From NCBI GenBank assembly GCA_963783885.1, contig CAWAPJ010000001.1:1-64000 (forward strand): DNA of 64,000 bases, written 5' to 3'. The notes below the pieces were generated by a model, which saw nothing but the letters and a program-made list of their open reading frames with translations, searched no databases and was not told where the DNA came from. A program made the position numbers and the translations under genes. Below are positions 1 to 9,204 of the stretch, piece after piece (positions within the stretch are counted from its first letter, which is position 1; each line of letters begins with the position of its first letter). This DNA comes from Waddliaceae bacterium (lineage in GTDB: Bacteria; Chlamydiota; Chlamydiia; Chlamydiales; SLFE01).

Positions 1-15
1 GATTGCTACCTAAAC

Positions 16-132
16 TTGTTGTTAAAGTCTTTCGTTGGATTCAGATGCGTAGACTCGATTTGAAGGCAAGGGTAATCCCTTGCCGATAATCGAGGCTTAG
101 CAGATGAATTCAATGAAAGATTTTAACGACAA
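16..132 (+). repeat. Long imperfect inverted repeat / rod-like hairpin inside the left IS end
   Basis: 16-43 pairs with 105-132 (28 bp, four G-U pairs on the + strand). Inner stems CTCGATT/AATCGAG and GGCAAGGG-TAAT-CCCTTGCC. Confidence 0.9.
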
Positions 133-172
133 TAGTCTTATGATACTTCCTTAGCCAAAAAAAGGGGGCATC

Positions 173-1012
173 ATGGAAACTTACGCAACAACAGTTTATG
201 TCATCAGCGAAGAAATCCTTCGAATTTTGGGGATTAAAGACGATCCTCAATCTCAAATGTCCAACGCAGAAGTGATAACTTTTGCTATTTTATCAGCAAA
301 ATATTTTTCTTGTAACTATAAAATGTCCAGATATTTATGTAAAAGATTACGATTATTCAGAGCTATTTTAAGCAATAGCCGGCTAAATCGCCGAATTCAT
401 AAAATTCCTTGGATGTGTTGGAACGCCATTTTCCGTTTTTTAGCTCTATTTTTTAAGCAAATAAATAAAGATCAGGGTTTTGCTATAGACAGCTTTCCAG
501 TTTCATGTTGTCAGAAAAATAGAATCGATAAACGGAAGGTTTTTCTAGAACGAAGGTATTTAGGTTTCGCAGCTTCTAAAAAGCGTTACTTTTGCGGCAT
601 AAAAGTTCATATGATTGTGACGAGCGAAGGCAAGCCGGTTGAAGTTCTTTTCAAGCCAGGAGCAGTAAGCGATGTAAAGGTGCGCTGGGAAATGAAACTG
701 GACATTCCACCAGATTCTAAACTTTATGCAGATGGTGCGTATAATTGCTTTGATTTAGAAGACATCTTGAAAGAAGAACAAATTACATTGCTTGCAAAAC
801 GGGGATGTAAAGCAAAGAATAGAGTCCGAACACCAATTGAAGAGAGGGAAATTAGCAGCAAGCGACAGATTGTCGAGACGACATTTAGCTGCATAACAAA
901 CCTTTTCCAAAGAACTTTTAAGTTCTGCACTGAACAAGGCTTTTTGATAAAAGTATTCTGTGCAATTCTTGCCTATAGTGTTTCGTTTTTATGCAAAGGG
1001 GAGCTCAGCTAG
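173..1012 (+). CDS. IS982-family DDE transposase, 279 aa
   Basis: Motifs MSNAEVIT, AIDSFP, GFAASKKRYFCGIKVH, LYADGAY and KRQIVETTFS, with a size typical of IS982 transposases. Confidence 0.9.
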   Translation: METYATTVYVISEEILRILGIKDDPQSQMSNAEVITFAILSAKYFSCNYKMSRYLCKRLRLFRAILSNSRLNRRIHKIPWMCWNAIFRFLALFFKQINKDQGFAIDSFPVSCCQKNRIDKRKVFLERRYLGFAASKKRYFCGIKVHMIVTSEGKPVEVLFKPGAVSDVKVRWEMKLDIPPDSKLYADGAYNCFDLEDILKEEQITLLAKRGCKAKNRVRTPIEEREISSKRQIVETTFSCITNLFQRTFKFCTEQGFLIKVFCAILAYSVSFLCKGELS

Positions 1013-1074
1013 AGCTTACACGAGCACACCATCTACTGCCTGTATCTGGCGCACTCGTGTAAGCTCTAGCTAAG
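1004..1074 (-). repeat. Hairpin inside the right IS end, covering the transposase stop codon
   Basis: 1007-1024 pairs perfectly with 1054-1071. The stem extends to 1004-1031/1047-1074 (28 bp) using four G-U pairs available only on the - strand. Confidence 0.9.
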
Positions 1075-1112
1075 GTTTAGGTAGCAATCAGGGTCTCAGA
1101 ATCCGAAAAATT

Positions 1113-1160
1113 TAATCACTTTCTAGAGAATCTCAATGCGGATTAGGGTCACAATCAGCG
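1113..1160 (-). mobile_element. Isolated left-end remnant of a second IS982-type element
   Basis: Aligns with 31470-31518 (TAATCACTTTCTAGAGA...GCGGATTAGGGT..ACA.TCAGCG), which precedes an IS982 transposase fragment. Confidence 0.7.
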
Positions 1161-1167
1161 GCTTTAT

Positions 1168-1518
1168 TTAAAATCTACAGATGTCCCCAATAAAGTCCCT
1201 GCAACTGATACTTTCAATATAAAAAGTATTGACTACTACTGCAACTGTAAATAATCCCAGAAAGCTTAGCTCATTGCTTGAAAAATCATGAAACATGGTG
1301 ATAGCCAAAGCTGCAATCGCAAGAACTAGCATCCCCTTTCGATTTGAAATGCAAGCCTGATTTGAAGTCCAATTGATTTGAGCAGGGTTATTCAGGTTCT
1401 TTTTTAGCACTGCTAAGGCGGCTGAATTGATCATAGGTATCATAAGAATCAACTTGTCTGTATTAGAAAGTGTTAATTCTCTATGCTCCTTGCTGCTGCT
1501 TTCAACAATTTTATTCAT
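1168..1518 (-). CDS. Hypothetical membrane protein, 116 aa
   Basis: GGAGG Shine-Dalgarno before the ATG; two adjacent C-terminal hydrophobic segments. Confidence 0.65.
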   Translation of the reverse strand: MNKIVESSSKEHRELTLSNTDKLILMIPMINSAALAVLKKNLNNPAQINWTSNQACISNRKGMLVLAIAALAITMFHDFSSNELSFLGLFTVAVVVNTFYIESISCRDFIGDICRF

Positions 1519-1608
1519 TTGTAAACCTCCATGGGTGAAGTTTGTTGAAAATTATTCATTGATGATGCATAGAGAATTATTTGTCAATTATAGATAAGGA
1601 ACTTGATT

Positions 1609-2103
1609 ATGCAGGCTCAATCGTATGAATTCATACCGGGATGGTGGATATCAACTGCCGAAGGATCAGCAGCAGGGGCATTGGGTTATGCCGTAATTTA
1701 TTTAGAAAATAAGATTGGGGAATTAGCCTGCCGCAAAATAACGGATTTAACTTCCCTCGGCACCGCGATCTTTGCAGGGGGCAGCACAGTCCTTCACACC
1801 CTCCTAATGGAGGATTTCAGCAGACCGAGAAATTTCATAAAAAAACATCTTCCATGGCCTCTTAACAATCGCGCGGTAAATTTCGGCATCGATGCCATGG
1901 TTTCAACTGCTATCCTCACTTCATTGACAGCCTCTGCTTACGGATTTTGGTATTTGGTTGGCTATCCCATGCCAGCTGAGGATACCCTCCAACTCGCCTG
2001 TCTGACTCAATTGTCAAACCTGACCGTGAATCATGGCCTTCCGGGACTTTATCATTTGTTTACTCGAGCGGTCAAATCAAAGTTAGGCATCAAAGACCAT
2101 TAG
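1609..2103 (+). CDS. Hypothetical membrane protein, ~164 aa
   Basis: AAGGA SD before ATG 1609; several hydrophobic stretches; lies directly upstream of valS. Confidence 0.65.
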   Translation: MQAQSYEFIPGWWISTAEGSAAGALGYAVIYLENKIGELACRKITDLTSLGTAIFAGGSTVLHTLLMEDFSRPRNFIKKHLPWPLNNRAVNFGIDAMVSTAILTSLTASAYGFWYLVGYPMPAEDTLQLACLTQLSNLTVNHGLPGLYHLFTRAVKSKLGIKDH

Positions 2104-2137
2104 CCAAAAATCTCATTTCCCTCTATAATCGGCGTTT

Positions 2138-4965
2138 ATGGATAAAGAAATTTCTAAAAATTACAACGCTGAAGAAACCGATAAGAAATGGTGGGATTTT
2201 TGGGAAAAAAATCATTTTTTTACCGCCAATCCACACTCGGATAAACCTCCCTACTGCATCGTCATCCCCCCGCCCAATGTGACAGGGGCCCTTCACATGG
2301 GCCACGCTCTTGTCAATACCCTCCAGGATATCATGATCCGCTGGAAAAGGATGTCCGGGTATGAAGCTCTTTGGGTTCCGGGAACCGATCACGCCGGCAT
2401 CTCCACCCAGACAGTCGTAGAGAAGCATTTGATCAAACATGAAGGAAAAAAAAGGACCGATTATTCGCGCGAAGAATTTCTCGAATATGTTTGGCAGTGG
2501 AAAGACGAGTATGAAAAACGGATCATAGGACAGCTGAAAAAACTGGGCTGCTCTTGCGACTGGTCGCGAAAGAGATTCACCATGGATCAAGGCAACAACG
2601 GCTCGGTGCGAAAAGCATTCAAAAAACTCTATGATGACGGCTTGATTTTCCGAGGAGATTATCTGGTCAACTGGGATCCTGTCACAGAGACGGCCCTTGC
2701 CGACGATGAGGTCGAGTATGAGGATCGGCAGTCTTTCCTTTGGACAATCCGCTACCCTCTTAGCGACGGGTCGGGATCCATCTGTATCGCCACAACCCGT
2801 CCCGAAACAATGCTAGGAGATACCGCTGTAGCCGTCGATCCTAAAGACAACCGTTTCCAGTCTCTGATCGGTAAAACGATTACTCTCCCTTTGACTGGCA
2901 GAGAAATCCCCATCATTGAAGACCACAGGGTCGATCCCGAATTTGGAACCGGGTGTGTCAAAATTACCCCCGCCCACGATCCCAACGACTACCAGATCGG
3001 CCTCGATCACGATCTTCCCTTTATTAATATTATGACCCCGGACGGCCGCATCAATGAAAATGGAGGAGAATTTCAGGGTCTTTCTATGGCCGATGCCCGC
3101 CAGGCAGTGGTCGCAAAACTCGAAGAACAAAAATTTCTTGAGAAAATCGACCCCCATACCAACCGCGTAGGGGTTTCCTACCGCTCCAAGGCCACAATCG
3201 AACCCTACATGTCCAAACAATGGTTTGTCCGCATGGATAAATTCGCGGGCAAACTCAAAAAAGCGGTTTATGAAAACAAAGTCCGCATCATTCCCAAAAA
3301 CTGGGAAAATGTCTACTTTCACTGGATCAACAACCTTCGCGACTGGTGCATCAGCCGCCAGCTCTGGTGGGGACACAGAATCCCTATCTGGTACAACCGC
3401 AATAATCCCGACGACATCATCTGCTTCGACGGAGAAGGCGACCCTCCCGAAGTCCAGGCAAATCCCGACGGCTGGATTCAGGATCCTGACGTTTTAGATA
3501 CCTGGTTTTCATCTTCCCTATGGCCTTTTGCGACGCTTGGATGGCCGAACCAAACGGCGGAACTGAAAAAATTTTATCCCAATTCCGTTCTCATTACCGG
3601 GCATGACATCCTCTTTTTCTGGGTCGCCCGCATGATCTTCATGGGAGAATATATCATGGGGGAAGTCCCCTTTCCCGAAACATTTCTCCACGGCTTGATT
3701 TTTGCCAAATCCTACTGGAGAAAAAACCCGGATGGCGGCATTACCTACTTAAGCCCTGAGGAAAGGCGGGAATATGAGCTCGGCAAGCCCCCTCCCAAAG
3801 ATGTCGAGAGCCGTTGGGAAAAGATGTCCAAGTCGAAAGGCAATATCATCGATCCCCTGGAAATCATCGCCGAGTACGGCACAGACGCCATGAGAATGGC
3901 CCTGGCGGCCAGCGCCACTGGGGCAAGAGAAATCGACCTCGACAGAAGAAAGTTCGAAGAATACAAAAATTTCACCAATAAGGTCTGGAATGGCGCCCGC
4001 TTCGTATTTATGAACCTCGGAGGACAAGAATTCGCAGAAGGGTTCAATGAAACCATACTGGCCCTTGAAGACAAATGGATCCTATCCAAACTCAACAACA
4101 TCATTAAACAAGTGGGCAAACACCTCGAAGCCTACGCTTTTGACCAGGCGGCCTCTACTGCTTACGACTTTTTCTGGAAAGAATTCTGCGCCTACTATGT
4201 CGAAATCTCCAAACCAGTCCTTTTTGGTAAAACGGGCACTTCCGAAGAGCGACAAAACAAACAAAAAATACTCGCCATTGTCCTTTGCGCCGCGATCCGC
4301 CTCCTCCACCCCATGACTCCCTTCATTACCGAAGAGCTTTTTTCCCATCTGAAAGAGAGACTCCCCGATTTAAAATTAATCCCTTCTTCCGACCCCTACA
4401 CACAAGAAACCGTCAGAGCCCTGCAAAGCCCCGCTTGCGCCGCTGCCCCCTATCCCCGTGTGATACGGGAAAAGGATTTAAACCCTGAAATCGAAGAAAC
4501 TTTCGATTCGGTTGAAGAAATCATCTATACCATTCGAAATCTTAGAGGAGAAATGAAACTGCCGCCGGCAGCTGCAATCGACGCCTATATCATTGGCTCA
4601 GGGCACAAATTCGATCTTGTTCAAAGCAATCAACAGATGATTGCAGCCCTCGTACGTACAAAATCGATTCAATTCTCCGAAACAGAACCCGATCTCCCCT
4701 TCGCTTCCACAGGAGTGGCAGGATCTCTGAAAGTGATGATTCCCCTTTCCGAAAGAGCTGATCGAGCAGGAAAAAAAAGCGCCTTCAAAAGGAAGAAGAA
4801 AAACTCATCAGTCAAATCGAAAGGCTGCAGGTACAGCTCAGCAACCCGAACTTTACCGAAAAGGCCCCCAGGGAGCTTGTCGACAAGCAGCGGGCCCAGC
4901 TCTCCCAAAATGAATCGGAGCTAAACGGGATCAAGCAAAAGCTTAAGCAAATGCTTTCAAAGTAG
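2138..4965 (+). CDS. valS: Valyl-tRNA synthetase, with two +1 indels near the 3' end (T3 at 4746-4748, A8 at 4771-4778); true stop TAG 4963-4965
   Basis: PPPNVTGALHMGH (HIGH), ATTRPETMLGD, DWCISRQLWWGH and KMSKS motifs. The intact C-terminal frame is shown by the duplicate at 8408-9138. Confidence 0.97.
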
Positions 4966-4986
4966 AATTAATACATTCTTAACAAA
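4233..4986 (+). repeat. Direct repeat copy 1 (valS 3' end plus ~20 nt downstream)
   Basis: Colinear with 8408-9159 (offset 4175, becoming 4173 after the two indels). Confidence 0.95.
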
Positions 4987-4987
4987 G

Positions 4988-5035
4988 TGCATATACCGGT
5001 GAATCTGATAACCGATTCCGCTGTAATCCGATAAC
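4988..5035 (+). mobile_element. IS21-family-like terminal sequence (remnant)
   Basis: Begins TG (TGCATATACCGG) and carries two subterminal units, AATCTGATAAC and AATCCGATAAC, 23 nt apart. No istA/istB follows. Confidence 0.55.
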
Positions 5036-5195
5036 GTTTTTTCAAAATTGAGAACAAAAAAGCAGAGATTACTCCTCTAAATATGGGACGAGAACTGGAA
5101 CTTATTTCGCAGGAAGAAAAAAAGGGGGGGGCTATTATGGCTTAAATCGAACACGTCAGTACCTCTGACATAGCAGAAAAATTGTTGCATTGATC

Positions 5196-5501
5196 TTATT
5201 TTAAATTCTTTTCAGGAAAAACTAAGCATGAGCTATTAGGTAACTCAATATCATAATCCAAACGTATTGGTTGATCTTGGAGCATCTCAGAATGATAGTG
5301 TGATAATATTTCACCCCCTAAATCGTTAAATATATCTCGAAGGTAGTCATTTAATGGACCATGATGATAATAGTTTAGATGTAAGGTATTTAAATCATCA
5401 CTCCAGTATCCCTCAACTGCCCTAAGGCCTTTAATGTCATAAAATTTGAGCACATGAGTTATGATTTTCAATAAATGTTCTTGCTTATCTTCTAAATCCA
5501 T
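5196..5501 (-). CDS. Putative immunity protein for the upstream toxin, 101 aa
   Basis: Small acidic ORF starting 8 nt after the toxin stop. The pattern LRAV..W....LHL.YY..G....D....L..EI...IRLD....LP....VF resembles, from memory, proteins found after Ntox50 toxins. Confidence 0.7.
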   Translation of the reverse strand: MDLEDKQEHLLKIITHVLKFYDIKGLRAVEGYWSDDLNTLHLNYYHHGPLNDYLRDIFNDLGGEILSHYHSEMLQDQPIRLDYDIELPNSSCLVFPEKNLK

Positions 5502-5509
5502 GGTATTTC

Positions 5510-7417
5510 TTAGTTTTTAGGTCTTACTGGAACAACATGTGCCTTTGCATGTTTGTCATAAAAAATAATACCCATTTGAGTAGGATATTGTTTACCATTT
5601 TCATCAACATAAAAACCAATAATCTTCCCAAAGTCGATTCTTTCTCTAAAATTTGGTTGAAGCGGCTGATTCTTAATGAATTGCCCGGTTCCTTTATATC
5701 TTTCAACTAATACTTCTAATTCCTCACGACCAACCGTAATTATGCTCCTACCAGGGATATAATTATGAGATCCAGGAATATGTTTGTTTTGTTTATCCCA
5801 ATGAATTTTAATCTTTTAAAGAAACTAGCTCGTTGTAAGTTTATTTCAGCAGCTGCAGCTTTGAAAGCTTTTTGACTAGCTTTCGAAGAGGTAGCATAGG
5901 TTTCAAGATTACAGACTTGGTTTGCTCGCTTAAGTTTGGACGCATAATGAGCACCTTTTGTTGTTAATATTCCAGTTACAAAATCTACACCATAAGTGCC
6001 TATAAAGTTTCCTAATGCTTCTCCTTTTTTTTTGTCATCCAATTGGTTAAAATTTAAAAAAAAATCCCTGAGTTTTTCATCGCACTGATCTAAATACTCT
6101 TTATCAATATTCTTTAAGAGCTTATAAATTTCATTTCCAAATTCATAGGAAATAGCAGCCAGTTCGTTAACAGTATCTACAGGGTGTTCTCCAAATGTCC
6201 AAAGAGCAGCTCCCATTCCGTAAATTGTATTGCATAGTGATGGGACAAAATTTTTCAGGCTTTCCTTGCTGCTAGATATAGCTGCTAAGGTAAAAGCATC
6301 AATAAATTCATTTGAGGGTAGAGAACCCGTGGTACATCCTGGAATATGATATTTCATATAGTCTTCTACAGAATGCTCAAAATCGCCTATTTCAAAATAG
6401 GCCACAGCTCGTTGGAAATATGCTTCTTGGTTATATGGTTCGTTTTCAATCAACTTGTTGAGAGCAGCTATAGACTTATCATACATACCAAGTTCGGCAT
6501 AAACTTTTGCTTCTTGCTGGTACATTTCGGAAGTGAGTTCAAAACCGAAGGTTTTTTGCATATCTAATAATATTTCAATATAATCAAATGCCATAGGATA
6601 GTTTCCAGCATGCATGAAAATCAAACCCAATTCATAAACAATTTTTGGATGAGGGTGTTTTTCCAAACAGTTGGAATATAATTCGTAAAATAGGTTTCTA
6701 CGTTCCCTTAGCTTTTTATAGATTTGGTCAAGACAATGAGTTGCGACTTTGGTGTCAGGCTGATATATCTCTATTTTTTGGGCCAAATCCATCATGATAT
6801 TGTGTGTTTGTGAATAGAAAAAAATATGAGCTGCTAACAAATCACCTTGCCCTGGAGAATTATCAAAATAAGGGGAATAGCTCTCAGGTAGATTCCAAAG
6901 TAAGAATGAAAAATCCTGCTGATTAGAATATTTTGCACAATAAGCTAATTGATTTAACTCTGGCCAGTAACAATTGCACCCATAGTTTTCATTCAAATAT
7001 TCTAAGTATAGACGAAAATGAGGAATGGTAAGTCTAGTGCGATTTTGGAAGTAGATTGAGTTTAATCTGAGTGTCTGAGTGCATACTTCCCAGTATTTTG
7101 CTTTTGAAAACTTTTTGCAGTGATTGCAAATATATGTTCTCCATGTAGGGTTATCGTTGTTCAAAATTCCCTCGAGATTACCAAGGGCCGTTAACATATT
7201 GCATTCAGGACAAACAATTATGGAGCATGGTTTTTTTTCCCTCCCATGGAAATAGGGCTCTGTATCGCTCAAACTTATGATAAAGAGAGGCGGTTTGGGG
7301 GTACTCTGCAAGGTGTGACTCGCAAACATTGTCATAATATTTTTCCGTCCAGTCTGCATTCAGAATAGTCAGATGGAGTAGTATCGTTAATAATACCAAA
7401 GATTTACAAAATTTCAT
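5510..7417 (-). CDS. Putative secreted polymorphic toxin: signal peptide, CxxC..CxxC, TPR, linker, Ntox50-like RNase; ~635 aa after repairing two frameshifts
   Basis: SD AAAGGAAG before ATG 7417 (MKFCKSLVLLTILLHLTILNA). One extra base in T8 at 7231-7238 joins to KKPCSIIVCPEC. One missing base near 5814-5817 joins to KIHWDKQNKHIPGSHNYIPGRS...GTG...ERIDFGKIIGFY...GIIFY...HVVPVRPKN, stop 5510-5512. Confidence 0.85.
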
Positions 7418-7597
7418 GTTACTTCCTTTGGACTGCGCCCCAATGTTTGGACAGTAAAACGACGTCAATAACAAAACTTCGGCATCAATTCTCTAATTGA
7501 TTAAAAAGTTTTATTCTCTTCAAACGGAACATAATCGAGCATAAACAATCCCCGTGATTATCAACAACAGAAATTTTGTTCGTGTTTTACTAAGTCG

Positions 7598-8327
7598 TCA
7601 TAATTCAAAATATTTTATATCTGCACTTTCCTCCAGGTATTCGAACAATAACTTATGATCTTCAGGTTTTGGCCAAAGGATATAACGTAATTTATGTTCT
7701 TCAATCATCCGAAAGTATGGAGCTGTCGAACTCAAGCCATCCTCCAAAAGGATATCCTTGAAGTGAGGATGTTCTCTACGAACGTTCTCAAGAAAGCGTT
7801 TACAGGCATTTCTTTCACAGCCATTTTTCTGTTTATTATGCTGGTTTATAATAACCTCTGGACAAAGTGGAATTACGTTCTTCTTATCAGGGTGAACCAC
7901 GCATACTCCAAACATTTGGTGGTAGCATAAGATGGTTCCGTCGTTAGGTCGTTTAGTGCAGAAATGAGGGCAGGAAATCTTGTTAGAGTGAAATGTACCT
8001 ATACTATCTCCTGATTATAAGCACATGTCCATCTATGTATGTGAATTCTTCGAGAACTTTCCCCAATTGAGCTAAGGCAAAAACCCTTTTGAAAGCCGTA
8101 CGTGAAAATTTTGGATTAAAACATTCATTTCTGTCGCATTCGAGCAGAAATGAATGTTTTAATCCAAATACTGCCAATCCAACCATAAGATGGTTGACAA
8201 AGGTATAGTCCCACTCTGGTTAAATTTCCGTGGTTCAGAAATTTTACTGAACTTTTTGTAAATATTACGAATCAGTCCTGGTACGCTGAGGTGTTTTTTT
8301 CAACGACTGTTTGAGAAGAGGTTGCAT
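7598..8327 (-). pseudogene. Degenerate ISNCY-like DDE transposase fragment
   Basis: Multi-frame pieces KKHLSVPGL, MVGLAVFGLK, YHQMFGVCVVHPD..VIPLCPE, CERNACKRFL..RREHPH, EDGL; 3' part missing. Confidence 0.8.
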
Positions 8328-8407
8328 GTGTTGATCCTTTGAACTGTCTAAATGAAGCTCAAAGTTTAAGAAATAAAGATTTTAATTACCTCTGAAAAAT
8401 CGCTCAG

Positions 8408-9138
8408 CGGACACTTCCGAAGAGTGGCAAAACAAACAAAAAATACTCGCCATTGTCCTTTGCGCCGCGATCCGCCTCCTCCACCCCATGACTCCCTTCA
8501 TTACCGAAGAGCTTTTTTCCCATCTGAAAAAAAGTCTCCCCGATTTAAATTACATCCCTTCCGCCGACCCCTACACACAAGAAACCGTCAGAGCCCTGCA
8601 AAGCCCCGCTTGCGCCGCTGTCCCCTATCCCCGTGTGATACGGGAAAAGGATTTAAACCCTGAAATCGAAGAAACTTTCGATTCGGTTGAAGAAATCATC
8701 TATACCATTCGAAATCTTAGAGGAGAAATGAAACTGCCGCCGGCAGCTGCAATCGACGCCTATATCATTGGCTCAGGGCACAAATTCGATCTTGTTCAAA
8801 GCAATCAACAGATGATTGCAGCCCTCGTACGTACAAAATCGATTCAATTCTCCGAAACAGAACCCGATCTCCCCTTCGCTTCCACAGGAGTGGCAGGATC
8901 TCTGAAAGTGATGATTCCCCTTCCGAAAGAGCTGATCGAGCAGGAAAAAAAGCGCCTTCAAAAAGAAGAAGAAAAGCTCATCGGTCAAATCGAACGGCTT
9001 CAGATGCAGCTTGCCAACCCGAATTTTACTGAAAAGGCTCCCAGGGAGCTTGTCGATAAACAGCGGGCCCAGCTCTCCCAAAATGAATCGGAGCTTGTGA
9101 GTATCAAGCAAATGCTTAAGCAAATGCTTTCTAAGTAG
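8408..9138 (+). pseudogene. valS: 5'-truncated duplicate of the valS C-terminal region (direct repeat copy 2, extending to ~9159); frame intact
   Basis: Near-identical to 4233-4965; encodes RLLHPMTPFITEELF...coiled-coil...LANPNFTEKAP...MLSK*. Confidence 0.93.
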
Positions 9139-9204
9139 AATTAATACATTCTTAATAAAAATTTAATAAATAAAATAAACTATTTATTTATAATATTTAA
9201 CATT

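Larger units (their letters stand above)
1..1094 (+). mobile_element. IS982-family insertion sequence (about the first 5 nt of the left IR lie before the window)
   Basis: 1-15 GATTGCTACCTAAAC is the exact reverse complement of 1075-1089. The right end finishes ...CAGGGT (5'-ACCC on the other strand, typical of IS982). It encloses a single transposase ORF. Confidence 0.9.

Noticed and set aside
5524-5706. 60-aa ORF in the track
   Set aside because: Wrong frame; it overlaps the real Ntox50-like coding frame.
5810-5822. Programmed -1 ribosomal frameshift at TTTAAAAG before the toxin domain
   Set aside because: The heptamer is not in the canonical X XXY YYZ phase and no stimulatory structure was evident.
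5740-7359. 539-aa ORF as a complete stand-alone TPR gene
   Set aside because: Its first ~42 and last ~25 residues are out-of-frame read-through; it is the middle of the 5510-7417 gene.
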